Shown: positions 50,030 to 59,239, numbered from the stretch's first letter. The stretch is 64,000 bases of DNA from Tepidisphaera sp. (GCA_050916045.1 CP051526.1:2944001-3008000); one strand, 5' to 3'. Program-made: numbers and translations. The notes: generated by a model from the letters alone, not told the origin.

Positions 50030-51342
50030 AGGCGGACGTCGACATCGCCATCATCGGCTCCGGCGCCGCCGGCCTCTTCGCGGGCATCTGGGCGGGACGC
50101 ACCCCCACGACCACCCCCACGTGCACCCCCACGAGCCCCGGGCGCCAGCGAGCGGGTCTTTCCATCCTCGCCCTCGACGGCGCGAAGAAGCTCGGAGCCA
50201 AGATCCTCGTCGCCGGCGGGGGCCGCTGCAACGTCACGCACCACGCCGTCGATGAGCAGCAGTACGCCGGAAGCAGCCGCAACGCCATCAAGAAGGTCCT
50301 CCGCCGGTTCGATGTCCCCGAGACCATCGCCTTCTTCCGCGAGCTGGGCGTCCACCTCAAACGCGATGAGACCGGCAAGCTCTTTCCGACCACCGACGAT
50401 GCCCACACCGTGCTCAATGCGCTGCTGGACGCTTCGCGGCGGGCGGGGGTTGAGCTTCGGTACCCGTGGCGGGTCGCGAGCGTCGCGAAGGACGGGGACG
50501 GGTTTGTGATTCAGGGTGAAGGGCCCAGCAAAGAACCCTTGCTGGCGCTGCGGGCTCGTCAAGTCATCCTGGCCACCGGCGGGATGGCTCTGCCGAAGAC
50601 CGGGTCCGACGGGCACGGATACTCGATCGCGAAAGGCCTCGGGCACACGATCACGCCGCGCGTCTTTCCCGCTCTCGTGCCGCTGACCCTCCCTAAAGAT
50701 CACTGGATCTGCTCGCTCTCGGGCATCACGCTCGACACGACGCTCGAGCTCCGCTCCGCCACCAACAAGAAGCTCAAGTACTTCACCAACTCCACCCTCT
50801 GCACGCATTTCGGCCTCTCCGGCCCCGGCCCGCTCGACATCAGCCGGTACTACACCGCGAGCAAGCACGAGGATGCCGGGACCCGCCTCGTCATGAACTG
50901 GCTCCCCGGCGAAACCATCGAATCCATCGACGCCGCCCTGCAGCAGCTGGGCAAGGTCTCCCCCGGACGCATGCTCCGCGAACGCGGCTTGCCCGACCGC
51001 GTCGCCGAGAGCATCTGCCAAGCCGCCGGCGTCGACCCCGGCGTGGCCGGCCACACGATGATCCGCGACAACCGCAAGAACCTCGCCCAGATGATCGTCG
51101 AAACCCCGCTCCCGATCTCCGGCGACCGCGGGTTCACGTACGCCGAGGTCACCGCCGGCGGCATCCCGCTCGGCGAGATCCACCTCGAAACGATGGAAAG
51201 CCGCGTCTGCCCGGGCTTGTACCTCTGCGGCGAGATCTGCGATGTCGACGGCCGCATCGGCGGGTTCAACTTCCAATGGGCGTGGGCGAGCGGGTTCGTG
51301 GCGGGGTCAAGCGCGGCGCGTCACGCGCATGGCGACCTATGA
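50026..51342 (+). CDS. HI0933/BaiN family NAD(P)/FAD-dependent oxidoreductase
   Basis: IIGSGAAG, KILVAGGGRCNVT, LATGG..PKTGSDG.G, THFGLSGP, AEVTAGG, GE..DVDG.IGGFNFQWAWASG. Confidence 0.95.
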   Translation: MKADVDIAIIGSGAAGLFAGIWAGRTPTTTPTCTPTSPGRQRAGLSILALDGAKKLGAKILVAGGGRCNVTHHAVDEQQYAGSSRNAIKKVLRRFDVPETIAFFRELGVHLKRDETGKLFPTTDDAHTVLNALLDASRRAGVELRYPWRVASVAKDGDGFVIQGEGPSKEPLLALRARQVILATGGMALPKTGSDGHGYSIAKGLGHTITPRVFPALVPLTLPKDHWICSLSGITLDTTLELRSATNKKLKYFTNSTLCTHFGLSGPGPLDISRYYTASKHEDAGTRLVMNWLPGETIESIDAALQQLGKVSPGRMLRERGLPDRVAESICQAAGVDPGVAGHTMIRDNRKNLAQMIVETPLPISGDRGFTYAEVTAGGIPLGEIHLETMESRVCPGLYLCGEICDVDGRIGGFNFQWAWASGFVAGSSAARHAHGDL

Positions 51343-51351
51343 TCCGATGTT

Positions 51352-51828
51352 ATGAACAACGCCACCCTCGTCGCCACCGACCGCAATCACATCCGGATTG
51401 ATCAAGGCGGCACGGGACGACCCCGCGTCTGGACAACCGTGTCGTTTGTTGTGGCAACGCTCGCCGCCATTGTCGCGTGGAGTGCCGTCGCGGTCCTCTC
51501 GATGGTGTTCGTACCAAAGGCTCTCGAACCACTGCAGGATTTCGCCGTCACCGGATCGACGCTGACCCGACTCTCGGGCTCCATCAGCGCGTGGATGCTC
51601 GGCCTGAACGCGGGGCAGGCTTTGCCGGGATGGACGATCGCTCTGAGCGTCGGGATGCTGGCGTTTCTGGGCTTGGGCTTCTTGTCGGCCCGGCATCGCG
51701 GAATCGCCGCCGCCGGTGCGTTCGTGCTCACCCTCATCGGCGTGTTGCTTGCAATCGTTCTCTTCTTGGGCATGTACGACGGCGTTTCGCAGCTCACGAC
51801 CTCGCTTGAAGCAGGACCTTCGCGTTAA
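51352..51828 (+). CDS. hypothetical membrane protein
   Basis: three hydrophobic segments; lies between co-oriented genes. Confidence 0.6.
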   Translation: MNNATLVATDRNHIRIDQGGTGRPRVWTTVSFVVATLAAIVAWSAVAVLSMVFVPKALEPLQDFAVTGSTLTRLSGSISAWMLGLNAGQALPGWTIALSVGMLAFLGLGFLSARHRGIAAAGAFVLTLIGVLLAIVLFLGMYDGVSQLTTSLEAGPSR

Positions 51829-51889
51829 GACGGGATTCTGAGAGCCGTGCTCATCGAGCAAGCCGCCGCCACGCCCGTTACGATCGCTC

Positions 51890-52681
51890 ATGACCACCCC
51901 GCTCGCCGAACGCTTCGCCTTCGCCAAAGCCATCGCCAGAGAGGCTGGCGATCTCACGCTCACGCACTTCCGCAAGCGCGGGCTCGCGGTGGACACCAAG
52001 CGCGACGGCTCGCCCGTCACCGTCGCCGACCGCGAGGCTGAGCAACGCCTGCGCGCTCTCGTCGAAGCCCGCTTCCCCGCTGACGCGATCCTCGGCGAAG
52101 AATTCGGCGACAAGCCCGGCACGTCCGGCTTCCGCTGGGTCTTTGACCCCATCGACGGCACCAAATCTTTCGTGAGCGGCGTGCCGCTTTACGGCACCAT
52201 GGTCGCCTGCATGCACAACGCCGACCCCGTCATCGGCGTCATCAACATGCCCGCTCTCGGCGAGCTCGTCGCGGCGGCCAAGGGCCTGGGCTGCACGCTC
52301 GAACGCGCCGGCCACACGCCAGAGCCCGCCCGCGTCTCCGGCGTCCGCGACCTCAAGGAAGCCATCTTCGTCTACACCGCTCCCGAGGTCTACACGCAAG
52401 CCGGCAAGTGGCCCCTCTTCGAACGCATGAGCCACGCGACTCGCCTCTCGCGCGGCTGGAGCGATTGCTACGGCTGCGTCCTCGTCGCCACCGGTCGAGC
52501 CGACATCTGGGTCGAGCCGACCGTCGCCCTGTGGGACGTGGCCGCCGCGGTCCCGATCATCGAAGAAGCCGGCGGCCGCTACACCGACCTCTCCGGCCGC
52601 CGCGACGCGACGACAGGGTCCTGCATCGCGACCAACGGGCACCTTCACGAGGCAGCGATGAAGGTCGTCCAATCATCCTGA
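51890..52681 (+). CDS. hisN: histidinol-phosphatase, inositol monophosphatase family
   Basis: KRDGSPVTVADREAE, GEEFG, WVFDPIDGTKSF..GVPLYGT, DCYG, WDVAA...IIEEAGG. Confidence 0.85.
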   Translation: MTTPLAERFAFAKAIAREAGDLTLTHFRKRGLAVDTKRDGSPVTVADREAEQRLRALVEARFPADAILGEEFGDKPGTSGFRWVFDPIDGTKSFVSGVPLYGTMVACMHNADPVIGVINMPALGELVAAAKGLGCTLERAGHTPEPARVSGVRDLKEAIFVYTAPEVYTQAGKWPLFERMSHATRLSRGWSDCYGCVLVATGRADIWVEPTVALWDVAAAVPIIEEAGGRYTDLSGRRDATTGSCIATNGHLHEAAMKVVQSS

Positions 52682-52714
52682 ACCCTCAGCGTCCGCCGGC
52701 GGTATGCTCGCGAG

Positions 52715-53458
52715 ATGTCCACCCCGTCCGGCGTCACCTGCCCCAACTGCGCCTACGCCCTCGATGGGCTGCAGGCGCTCAAGTGTCCCGAGTGCGGGTA
52801 CGTGCCCGAGCCCGAGGAGATCGCGGGGGAGACGCGGCGGCGGGTCTTCTGGGAGCTCACGCGGTTCTCGCAGTATTCCTGGCTTGCGATCATCGTGGCG
52901 CTCGGGGTTCTCGCGTCCATGATGCTCGAGAGCATGCGGACGCGGAGTGAGCTCATCGTCCTGCTCGCCTTCATCGCGCCCGTCTACCTCATCCTCGGCT
53001 TCGGAGCCCAGACCGCCATCGCCAACCGCTGCCCCCAAGCGTACCGGCCGCTGGTCCGCCGGCTCTGGCGTGTCGGGCTGCTCTGGCTTCAGGTCCCGTG
53101 GCTCTTCTCGGGCGCGGTGTTCTTCGGAGCGATGATCGGCAAGCGAATGTGGGAGAGGTTCTTCCCTTCCGCCGGTCCCAACTGGTGGAACTGGGGCGAT
53201 CTCTCGCGCGAGGAGGAGTTTGTCGCGCTGGTCGTCGGCGGAGCGGTCGGCACCGTCATCGCCCCCTGGCTTTGGCACCGCCGCTGGAAACAGCTGATCC
53301 GCATCTCGGGCCTCCCGACGCGAACGGCGGAGCAGGTCGGCTCGGGCCTCCCGATGCGCCTGACGCTCCTGCCCGGAGTGTTCTGCTTCATCGCCCCGGG
53401 CGTGATCGCACTGGTGCTTCAGGGGCTCGACTGGGTGTTCCCGGGGTGGTGGCGGTAG
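52715..53458 (+). CDS. membrane protein with N-terminal CxxC..CxxCG zinc ribbon
   Basis: CPNCAYALDGL..KCPECG followed by ~5 TM helices. Confidence 0.8.
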   Translation: MSTPSGVTCPNCAYALDGLQALKCPECGYVPEPEEIAGETRRRVFWELTRFSQYSWLAIIVALGVLASMMLESMRTRSELIVLLAFIAPVYLILGFGAQTAIANRCPQAYRPLVRRLWRVGLLWLQVPWLFSGAVFFGAMIGKRMWERFFPSAGPNWWNWGDLSREEEFVALVVGGAVGTVIAPWLWHRRWKQLIRISGLPTRTAEQVGSGLPMRLTLLPGVFCFIAPGVIALVLQGLDWVFPGWWR

Positions 53459-53540
53459 GAGTTCCGTCGATCACAAGCCCGTGCCCGCGGCGCCGATCGG
53501 TGCGGTACGCCGCATCGTCATCGACTGGTTCTTTCCCAAC

Positions 53541-53562
53541 GAGCCCGCAGCGCCAGCAAGGG
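53541..53562 (-). repeat. REP-like element (same family as 10530/10611, inverted)
   Basis: reverse complement reads CCCTTGCTGGCGCTGCGGGCTC. Confidence 0.65.
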
Positions 53563-53706
53563 GGAAGCGGCGACACGCCCTCTTCAGACGCTTCGTCACA
53601 TCTTCAGTGCTTTTCGCATCCTCCGGGTCGGCAGCTGGCACAAGTGCCCCTCTCCCCTGAGTCGAAGCGTGGCACGTTCTCCGGCAGGTGCCACCCGCCA
53701 CTCGGT

Positions 53707-56244
53707 TCAACCTCCTTGGTTGAGGTAAGACTCCACAAACAAGTCTGCATCATCCGCATCCACAGTCTCGTTCTGATCGATGTCTGCGGGAAGTTCGCCG
53801 TCCAGCCACGCCTGCACGAACTGTTCGAGATCGTCAACCGTGATCGCGCCGTCCAAATCCAGGTCCGCGGTCGGAAGGGACCTCAAGCTGCCCAACGACG
53901 AATCACTCGGTGAATTCCCGGGCGTGAGCTGAACGAGGTCGTACCGGGTCACATAGGCGCCCGGAGCGCCCTGAGCCCCGAACGTCTGAACCAGTCTCAC
54001 CTTGACCTTTCCCAAGTCAAGGCCGTTCTGGCCGACGTACGCGACGGCCACCTGACCCGGTACGCCGAATCGCACACGAAACGCGCCATCGGGAAGCGTG
54101 GACGAGTATGTCTCAAGATTCCCCAGCGAGTCACTCGTCACATCCCAACGCTTCATAACATCCCAGCGTGGAGGATCCGAGCTGTAATTCCAAACGTGAA
54201 TCTCACCAGTGAAAGGCACGTTCGACTCCTCGTTGCCGTACAGGTGCGTCCATCCTTCCAGCCGGACATCGAGCGGGTGACTTGCGCGAAACTCGGCGTC
54301 GGCGTTGGCAATCTTGAAATCGACATACACGATCGTCGAACTGGACTCGTTTCGAGTCGCCACCGTCCTCGGTGCCCCATTATGGAGCAGCGTGAACTCA
54401 AGCTTGTTCTTGTCGCCGTCGTCCGGCGGTTGAGTCACACCGCTTCCGCCCTGACCGGTGTTGAACAGTCGGACGTACCGCGTGATGCGCGTCGAATACA
54501 CCTTGCGGATCTCGTGCGATGTCGCCGCCCACGAATCGTCGATGATCCGCTGCTTGTCTTCTTGCGACATCTCTGAGTTATCCGGCCGTCTGGTCGGCCA
54601 CTCCGTAAAGAGCTGCATCTCCGCGAGATTCTTCGCTCGAAGCATACACACCATTGTCCGGAACGATTCCGGCGTGCGGGCCGATTCCCAGATGGGCTCA
54701 CCGTCCGCCCGGATGCCCACCATCTCGATCCACGGCACCATCCGCTTCTCGCCGTACTCCTGCCCGTCGGAATTGATCGACGATTCAACCGTCTCGCGGT
54801 GCATCCGCATCGTCGTCTGCCACGGTGTCTCAACCGGGTAGTCCCCGTTGACATCCGGGATGCCGTAGAGGTCGTTTCGGCGGCAAGCCTCGTAGTAAGG
54901 CGCGTAATTGCCCGGTTGGTCCTTGATTCCATACAGGTAGGGGCTGTCGACATCGCCCTTCGCCCACCGCCGCGTGCTCAGCCATCGCTGACCGGTGTTC
55001 GTGTAGTACCCGATGCCGCCCCACGCCGTGTTCACGAAGGAGCGGGGCAGAGATTTGGTCATGATCACATAGCTCGGCACATACGGCAGGACGGAAGGGT
55101 TCACAGGGCTGGTTACGTTCCAGTAGGCGTTGGGTGCGCTCGGAGACCGATCCTGCACCCAACCGCTCCGGCCGGCAACCGCGACACCGTCACAGCGGAA
55201 GTCGTCGTAGTTCCCGCAGCGAACCTTGTAGGTGCCATCCGGGTTCTGATCCGGCCAGCCGACGGAGCTATGGACCACGTCGTACACGCAGTTCCACATC
55301 ACATAGTCTTCGACCCTCGCCGTGAGTTCGTCCCACCACCGTGTGTAGGAGTTGTTGGCCGCGTCCCAAGGTCCGTTACCAGGAGCAAAGCTCTGGGCAG
55401 CGACCAAAGCATTGGCGGGCCACACCGCCGCACCCAATTCACTCAGCTGCCGCGCCCGTTCATCCTGATAAAGCTCTTCAAGGGTCTTGTTCCCCCACGC
55501 GGGAATGCGGTATTTCGGATCGTTCGTCGGATTTGTCCAGATCGTGGAGTAATACTCCGTCATCAGCGCCCGAAGCATCTTGTTCGCCGGGACTGAGCCG
55601 GGCCTTGCCATGTACGGCTCACTGTCCAAGTAGAACCGCTCGGGAGTAATTCCGGCAGGCAACGCCGCTTTCAAGGCGATCACGAACTCGGTGAACCACA
55701 ATCGCATCGGCCCATCCGGCCTTGCGTTCGCGAGAAAAGGATGGCGGTACCAGCGAGCGTCAGCATCATCCCACGCTGAATCCGGCCCCTCCGTCACCGT
55801 CAGCCGCCGATCATCGTCTCTGGGCAGTCCAGTGGTCGGATTCGGCAGTCGATCCTCAAATCGGAAGAACCGCAGCGGATAATTCCAGTGACGAGGCGTC
55901 CCATCAGAAGCCCAATCATGCTCCTTTTCATCTCGACCAAAATTTTTGATGAACACGCAGATTGGTCGATCTGCCGCCGTGAAGTTACCACGGTACGCGA
56001 CGATGGCCGCCGCTGCTTCCTGCGCAACCGCAGCGGCGGGTCTTGCGGATTGTGTGTTGGCGTTGTACGCCTCCACATAGATCGTCTGCCGCACATACGG
56101 ATCAGCGTTGTCCCACCCCGTTGGGATCAGCGACGACCAACACAGGAATTTCGGGTACGTAAAGGTCTCGACGGGCTGAGCCGAGGCCACGACCGAGAAC
56201 AAGGACATCAGAACCGAAGAAGCCAAGGCATTTGTATGACGCAT
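53707..56244 (-). CDS. large secreted protein with divergent dockerin/EF-hand-like C-terminus
   Basis: signal peptide (..SVVASA-Q); Trp/Tyr-rich; ADLDLDGAITVDDL...ADIDQNETVDADD; visibly lower GC than neighbours. Confidence 0.8.
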   Translation of the reverse strand: MRHTNALASSVLMSLFSVVASAQPVETFTYPKFLCWSSLIPTGWDNADPYVRQTIYVEAYNANTQSARPAAAVAQEAAAAIVAYRGNFTAADRPICVFIKNFGRDEKEHDWASDGTPRHWNYPLRFFRFEDRLPNPTTGLPRDDDRRLTVTEGPDSAWDDADARWYRHPFLANARPDGPMRLWFTEFVIALKAALPAGITPERFYLDSEPYMARPGSVPANKMLRALMTEYYSTIWTNPTNDPKYRIPAWGNKTLEELYQDERARQLSELGAAVWPANALVAAQSFAPGNGPWDAANNSYTRWWDELTARVEDYVMWNCVYDVVHSSVGWPDQNPDGTYKVRCGNYDDFRCDGVAVAGRSGWVQDRSPSAPNAYWNVTSPVNPSVLPYVPSYVIMTKSLPRSFVNTAWGGIGYYTNTGQRWLSTRRWAKGDVDSPYLYGIKDQPGNYAPYYEACRRNDLYGIPDVNGDYPVETPWQTTMRMHRETVESSINSDGQEYGEKRMVPWIEMVGIRADGEPIWESARTPESFRTMVCMLRAKNLAEMQLFTEWPTRRPDNSEMSQEDKQRIIDDSWAATSHEIRKVYSTRITRYVRLFNTGQGGSGVTQPPDDGDKNKLEFTLLHNGAPRTVATRNESSSTIVYVDFKIANADAEFRASHPLDVRLEGWTHLYGNEESNVPFTGEIHVWNYSSDPPRWDVMKRWDVTSDSLGNLETYSSTLPDGAFRVRFGVPGQVAVAYVGQNGLDLGKVKVRLVQTFGAQGAPGAYVTRYDLVQLTPGNSPSDSSLGSLRSLPTADLDLDGAITVDDLEQFVQAWLDGELPADIDQNETVDADDADLFVESYLNQGG

Positions 56245-56272
56245 GACGATCTTTCCTTGCAAAGACTCGCTT

Positions 56273-57367
56273 TCAACGACGACTGCGGAGTATGGCAACC
56301 GTGACACCCATAACCGCAACGGAAGACGGTGCGGGAATCGTGACGAGGAATGTGGTTCCGGGGCGTCCTATTCCGCTCACATAACCAGTGAATGTGCGAC
56401 CGTCTCCGGATACTCGCACTGCTCCGTCGATCCTCCACGCAGACTCGAATGGAACACCAAGCCGCCGCAAGTAGTCGACCAGCGGCTCCACGCCTCCTCG
56501 ACCATCGAAGACTGCGGCATAATCAATGAAATTCTCGTCGCTAGCGAACCCCAAGATAACGCTCCCATCATCACTAATGGACGTGGCGTGGCTGTACTCG
56601 CCATAGAGGAGTTCCGGCACGCCATCGCGCCAGATCATCGCACGGTTGTTCTCCGTATGCCCCACGATCAACGAAGCGTCATGATTCGCCGCCAGCGCCG
56701 CTCCCGCTCGGAGCGGATTTCCCGGCAAATCCTGCAACGCCCGAATGCCTCCGGAACGTGTCCAGATGAACGCGTCCGTCGAGTCGATCCCCACGCTGAC
56801 CCCCACGATCGCGTTGCCATCCCGGCTCATCCCGTACGCTTTGGTCAGCAGGTGCCCGGGTCTCGTGGTGCCGAGCGATTCAACGCCCGTCTCCGCTGTC
56901 CACACGAACGCGCCGCCGAAGATGTACCCCCGCACGCCATAGTTCCCGCAGACGACACGCCCATCGCCGCTGATCCCCGTCGCGGTGCTGTTCTCCGCTC
57001 CAAAGAGCGGATTGAGGAACGTGAACTGTCCCGGAGCCGTCGAGATGAAGGCACGCTCGGGGTAATACCGCTCACGCTCGTTGTACGGCCCCAGCGCATA
57101 CCCCGCGATCGTCGTTCCATTCTCGGCGACCGCCGTCCCCGAGCGCAGCGTGTACCGGTCTCGCGTCGCGACATACGACGTGAACCCCGACTGCGGCGTC
57201 CACGCGGCGGGTTCGCCGCGGTCGAAACCGGCACCCGCCGACCCGTCCGAGTTCATCGCGGCCACTCCGGCCCGATCACCGAACAGATAAAGCGTCTGCC
57301 CGCAGGCGGACATCGTCGCCGCCGCCATCGCCGCACCGCACACCCACATCCGCCCTAGAGACACCAT
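56273..57367 (-). CDS. extracellular HAF-type repeat protein with PEP-CTERM-like sorting tail
   Basis: repeats ATGISGDGRVVCG, AYGMSRDGNAIVG, ATSISDDGSVILG, AFxWT; C-terminus IPAPSSVAVMGVTVAILRSRR; GGAGG RBS. Confidence 0.85.
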   Translation of the reverse strand: MVSLGRMWVCGAAMAAATMSACGQTLYLFGDRAGVAAMNSDGSAGAGFDRGEPAAWTPQSGFTSYVATRDRYTLRSGTAVAENGTTIAGYALGPYNERERYYPERAFISTAPGQFTFLNPLFGAENSTATGISGDGRVVCGNYGVRGYIFGGAFVWTAETGVESLGTTRPGHLLTKAYGMSRDGNAIVGVSVGIDSTDAFIWTRSGGIRALQDLPGNPLRAGAALAANHDASLIVGHTENNRAMIWRDGVPELLYGEYSHATSISDDGSVILGFASDENFIDYAAVFDGRGGVEPLVDYLRRLGVPFESAWRIDGAVRVSGDGRTFTGYVSGIGRPGTTFLVTIPAPSSVAVMGVTVAILRSRR

Positions 57368-57468
57368 CGCAACCTCCTCCGACCCCAAATCCGGTCGCCG
57401 CTTTCGCCAGTCTACCTCCTTTGGCATCCCGTGCAAGCCCAATTGCAATAAAGCTCCCGCAACGTCCC

Positions 57469-57505
57469 AAAAAAGGACGCCGCCGAGTGGTGGGCTCGGC
57501 GGCGT
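57469..57505 (-). terminator. intrinsic terminator ending the mraZ 3' region
   Basis: 11-bp stem ACGCCGCCGAG/CTCGGCGGCGT followed by CCTTTTTT on the minus strand. Confidence 0.88.
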
Positions 57506-58019
57506 AAGCGACGACGGGTGAAGATCGGGAGGCTTGGTGGTGGTGGACCCGTCGCCGGTGGGAACCTTGGTTGTCGCTCCGTCCTCGCGGAGCCTGATCC
57601 TGGCAAATGCTCGGCCCGTGGTGGACCGGCCGAGCATGACAAGCCGCGCCGCGTGAGCATCCCTGCCCGTTCACCTTGCCGTTCGCATCCTTGCGAAGGA
57701 CCCCAACATCTCGGGTCCCGGCTTAGTGCCCGCACACGGCGCTTCCCTGCGGCGTCGTGCGGGTCGCGGCTTTCGCACGCTCAAGGCGAATCCTTTCGCC
57801 ACGGGCGTGCGAGGCCTTCTGCATGCGCCTTTCGGCGCTCTTCCGAACGGCCGGCACGACTTGGGGCTTCATGCCCGTCCTCGTGTCCGGCCTTGTGAAC
57901 CTCAAGAACGCGTCCTGCGTTCCTCCGGCAACCTCGCGGCCCCGGATCAATCGTGCGCCGGATCTGTCGACCCGGGCCGCACTGTCTCTCCCCCGTCCTC
58001 AACTCCGCCGTTCCACCCC
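57469..58019 (-). ncRNA. candidate CsrB/RsmZ-like structured RNA (multiple GGA-loop hairpins) downstream of mraZ
   Basis: about nine hairpins with AGGA/AGGGA/GGAA loops, all on the minus strand; no credible ORF; ends in an intrinsic terminator; 5' end unknown. Confidence 0.6.
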
Positions 58020-58475
58020 TCAACCGTTCTGTCCGCTCGCGTTCAGCTTCGCCACCAGCATCGGCAGCTCGTTGAAGCGTTTGTCCGCCGTCTCCTGCCA
58101 AGCCTTGCGATCGTGGATCTCAAGCCTGTCCTTCGCCCCCACCACCATCACTTCCGACCCCAGCCCGACCCGTTCCTGAAGCGTCTTGGGAATCGCGATC
58201 CGATGCGTCGAATCCGGCTCCAAGGTCTCGGCCATCCCGTACAGCGTCGACTGCAACGACGCCAGCTCGTCTCCCGGCGTCAGGCTCGAAACACCCTGCG
58301 ACGCCAGCCGCTCGAACTCGCGTTCCGTGTACACGCGGAGGACTCCGCCCGGCCACGGCACGCACACCCAGTTGACCCCGTCCTTTTCCTGAACGACCTT
58401 GTTCCGGAACTTGGCGGGAATCGACAGCCGTCCCTTGGCGTCAATCGTGGCTTCAGCGTTTCCGGTGAATGTCAC
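58020..58475 (-). CDS. mraZ: division/cell wall cluster transcriptional repressor MraZ
   Basis: FTG....IDAKGRLSIPAKFR, second repeat DSTHRIAIP, VVGAKDRLEI.D...W. Confidence 0.93.
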   Translation of the reverse strand: MTFTGNAEATIDAKGRLSIPAKFRNKVVQEKDGVNWVCVPWPGGVLRVYTEREFERLASQGVSSLTPGDELASLQSTLYGMAETLEPDSTHRIAIPKTLQERVGLGSEVMVVGAKDRLEIHDRKAWQETADKRFNELPMLVAKLNASGQNG

Positions 58476-58512
58476 GGCTGTCCTTCAGGGGCGTCTGGGT
58501 CTGAGGCATGGG

Positions 58513-58576
58513 ATTCTCTCCCACTTTGCCCCACTTGTCAACACGACACCCCACTCTTCGACCACTTTGCCCCACT
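58513..58576 (-). promoter_or_regulatory. mraZ promoter with MraZ-box direct repeats
   Basis: GTGG repeats at ~10-bp spacing (CCAC at 58521, 58531, 58551, 58562, 58572 on +) overlapping TTGACA-N17-GAGAAT (58541-58513). Confidence 0.85.
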
Positions 58577-58705
58577 GCTGACAAGTTTTTTGGCGTTTTT
58601 TTCAAGCCCGACCGGACCCCGAATGGATAACCGCGAAACTGACCTGGGCGACTTCCCGGTCCGGCTGGATCCGCACCCCGATCCGGTCGATGTTCGAGGT
58701 GCTTC

Positions 58706-59203
58706 ATGCTCGACCTGACGCCCCAGGACGCTTCCGCCGCGCTCGCGACGCTCACCACGTCGTGGTATGTGATGACCGGCGCGCACGAGGGAAAGCGTTC
58801 GGGGATGCTGGTCAAGTGGGTGAGCCAGTGCGCGGACCAGCCGCCGCTTCTGGCGGTCGCGATCTTCCGGGGTCACTGGGTGGAGACGCTGATCCGCGAC
58901 AGCCACTGCTTTGGCCTGTGCCTGCTGGACCCGACGGACCGGTTGACGGCCCGGAAGTTCGCGGAGACGGGCCCGCGTGATAACGCGAAGAAGGACATCG
59001 ATCCCTTCGATGCGCTGCAGGTCGAAACGCTCGTGACGGGCGCCCCGCTCCTGAAACGAAGCCCGGTGGTCTTTGACTGCCTGGTCGTCCGGCATCTGGA
59101 TCTGGAAGCCGACCACTCGCTCTACATCGCGCAGGTGATGAGCGGCCGCGTGCACGAAGCTCAGCCGGCCAAGCGGCACCAGAACGGCACCCACCACCCG
59201 TAA
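58706..59203 (+). CDS. flavin reductase-like (DIM6/NTAB) protein
   Basis: YVMTG, WVSQC..PPLLAVAI, TGAPLL, DC.V....EADHSLYIAQV. Confidence 0.88.
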   Translation: MLDLTPQDASAALATLTTSWYVMTGAHEGKRSGMLVKWVSQCADQPPLLAVAIFRGHWVETLIRDSHCFGLCLLDPTDRLTARKFAETGPRDNAKKDIDPFDALQVETLVTGAPLLKRSPVVFDCLVVRHLDLEADHSLYIAQVMSGRVHEAQPAKRHQNGTHHP

Positions 59204-59239
59204 CCGCCGCAAAGGCCCGTTCGCGCCTACCGTGTATCG

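Noticed and set aside
57535..58019. tmRNA, RNase P RNA or SRP RNA as the identity of the structured region (minus strand starts GGGG and contains TCCACCA)
   Set aside because: There is no TTCGA T-loop before the CCA and no acceptor-stem pairing, no GAGGAAAGTCC RNase P motif, and no SRP helix-8 motif. An Infernal search would be the definitive test.
57518..58179. Short ORFs called across the region downstream of mraZ
   Set aside because: They are Arg/Pro/Ala-rich with no recognisable motifs or RBS and conflict with each other; hairpin structure explains the region better
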